Shown here: in pieces, positions 63,083 to 64,000 of the stretch | Position numbering within the stretch: position 1 is the first letter of the stretch | How the letters are laid out: every line of letters begins with the position of its first letter | Source: Octopus bimaculoides | Lineage: Eukaryota | Reading direction: 5' to 3' | DNA length: 64,000 nucleotides | NCBI RefSeq assembly: GCF_001194135.2 | Contig: NC_068986.1 | Span: 68,172,698-68,236,697, forward strand | The notes under the pieces: model-generated | Seen by the model: the letters and a program-made list of their open reading frames with translations, nothing else | Told to the model about the DNA's origin: nothing | The model's database searches: none | Made by a program: the position numbers and the translations under genes

Positions 63083-63340
63083 ACGAACCTGCTTTTTCTC
63101 CGTCCAGCTTCGTCATATCACTAGTGTTCAATATTCGATTCGCGTTTGGCCCTACGGCTTTTTAATGTTGTTTTCACTGTCCATTTTTTCCTGTCTTGGT
63201 TTGTGTTTGCTACCTTGGAATTCTCTGTTTAGTGGATTGATCCACTACTCAGGAAGAAACTATTCTAAGAGTGCGTCCTGCCTTACCTTCGAAACGCCTA
63301 GTTTAGAATAGAGGCAGCTGATGAAGAATTAATCCAAGTG
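63083..63340 (+). repeat. Probable Penelope pLTR-derived repeat with degenerate HHR modules
   Basis: TTCGAAACGCC..CAGCTGATGAAG; homologous to 43872-43970. Confidence 0.5.
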
Positions 63341-63493
63341 GCTATTTGTTTTCCTATGTGTTCGTTTCGTTGTCTGTAGTTCATTTTTCTAACGTCCTGT
63401 ACCAGAATATGCATCTATATACACATGTAGATGTATGTACATATAAGTGTGTATACATGCTTATATATCCTTTGTATTATATATATATATATA

Positions 63494-63548
<55 letters not shown>

Positions 63549-63599
63549 ATACATATTAGATAAACATAAAATAAAGCCGGAGCAATGGGAAATGAAATG

Positions 63600-64000
63600 C
63601 AAAGTAAGCTACAAAATGAAAACGGAACAGCAGTTGTAGTTTTGCCTTATATTTCGATATTTCGGTGTTATGACTCCTTCATCCAGACATTTGTAAAAAT
63701 GAATCGATAGAATAAGTCATTGCCCAGGTGTGTGGGAAATAGTATGGTGACGTGTGCAGATTGATGTTGTTATAATAACCTTTCTGCTTCATGTAACTCT
63801 CTTTTCTGTTGTTTAGAGTGGGTCACAGTTTGTTAATAAAAAGCGCTTCCATGTTTCTAAGATTGCCTGCATTATGTTGAGTGACCCTGATGGATACTGG
63901 GAAATTCTGGGTCTGGTACTCCTGTATGTCTTTGAGGAATGAAGTGTTTTTGCGCATGAGTTCCTTGATGCGAACGTGCAGTTTTTTGATGACGCTCCAA
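63600..64000 (-). mobile_element. Penelope-like element remnant (GIY-YIG C-terminus plus pLTR), continues beyond the window
   Basis: KKLHVRIKELMRK..NLRNMEALFINKL*PTLNNRKE; HHR-like motif at 63651-63690. Confidence 0.75.

Overview
AT-rich, microsatellite-saturated animal genomic DNA from a fragmented draft assembly (25 N-gaps, about 11.5 kb or 18% of the window). The SINE repertoire looks like Octopus; that is inference from repeat style, not a database hit. No host protein-coding gene can be supported. Almost all ORF-track entries are translated microsatellites, N-runs or transposon debris, so the window is probably intronic or intergenic. It does hold a dense record of mobile DNA: at least five tRNA-headed SINE families; five Penelope-like (GIY-YIG/RT) retroelement remnants; two R4/Dong-type restriction-like-endonuclease LINE remnants; a CR1/L2-type LINE 3' end; Tc1/mariner remnants with three catalytic spacings (DD41D, DD34D, DD37D); a split hAT transposase; a Merlin-like MITE with perfect TIRs and TSD; a foldback element; and Helitron-type elements. 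Three observations stand out. (1) Several minimal hammerhead ribozyme (HHR) motifs lie on the sense strand of Penelope 3' ends, and one has a complete catalytic core inside a tRNA-headed SINE (11579-11875), a candidate Pol III plus ribozyme non-autonomous retroelement. (2) A roughly 3.9 kb inversion (31321-35349) can be reconstructed from a split hAT and a split Helitron, with a 160 bp inverted duplication and breakpoint microhomologies. (3) A SINE 3' tail matches the 3' end of a LINE in the same window. All calls are by eye, and boundaries of decayed repeats are approximate (about 10-20 bp).
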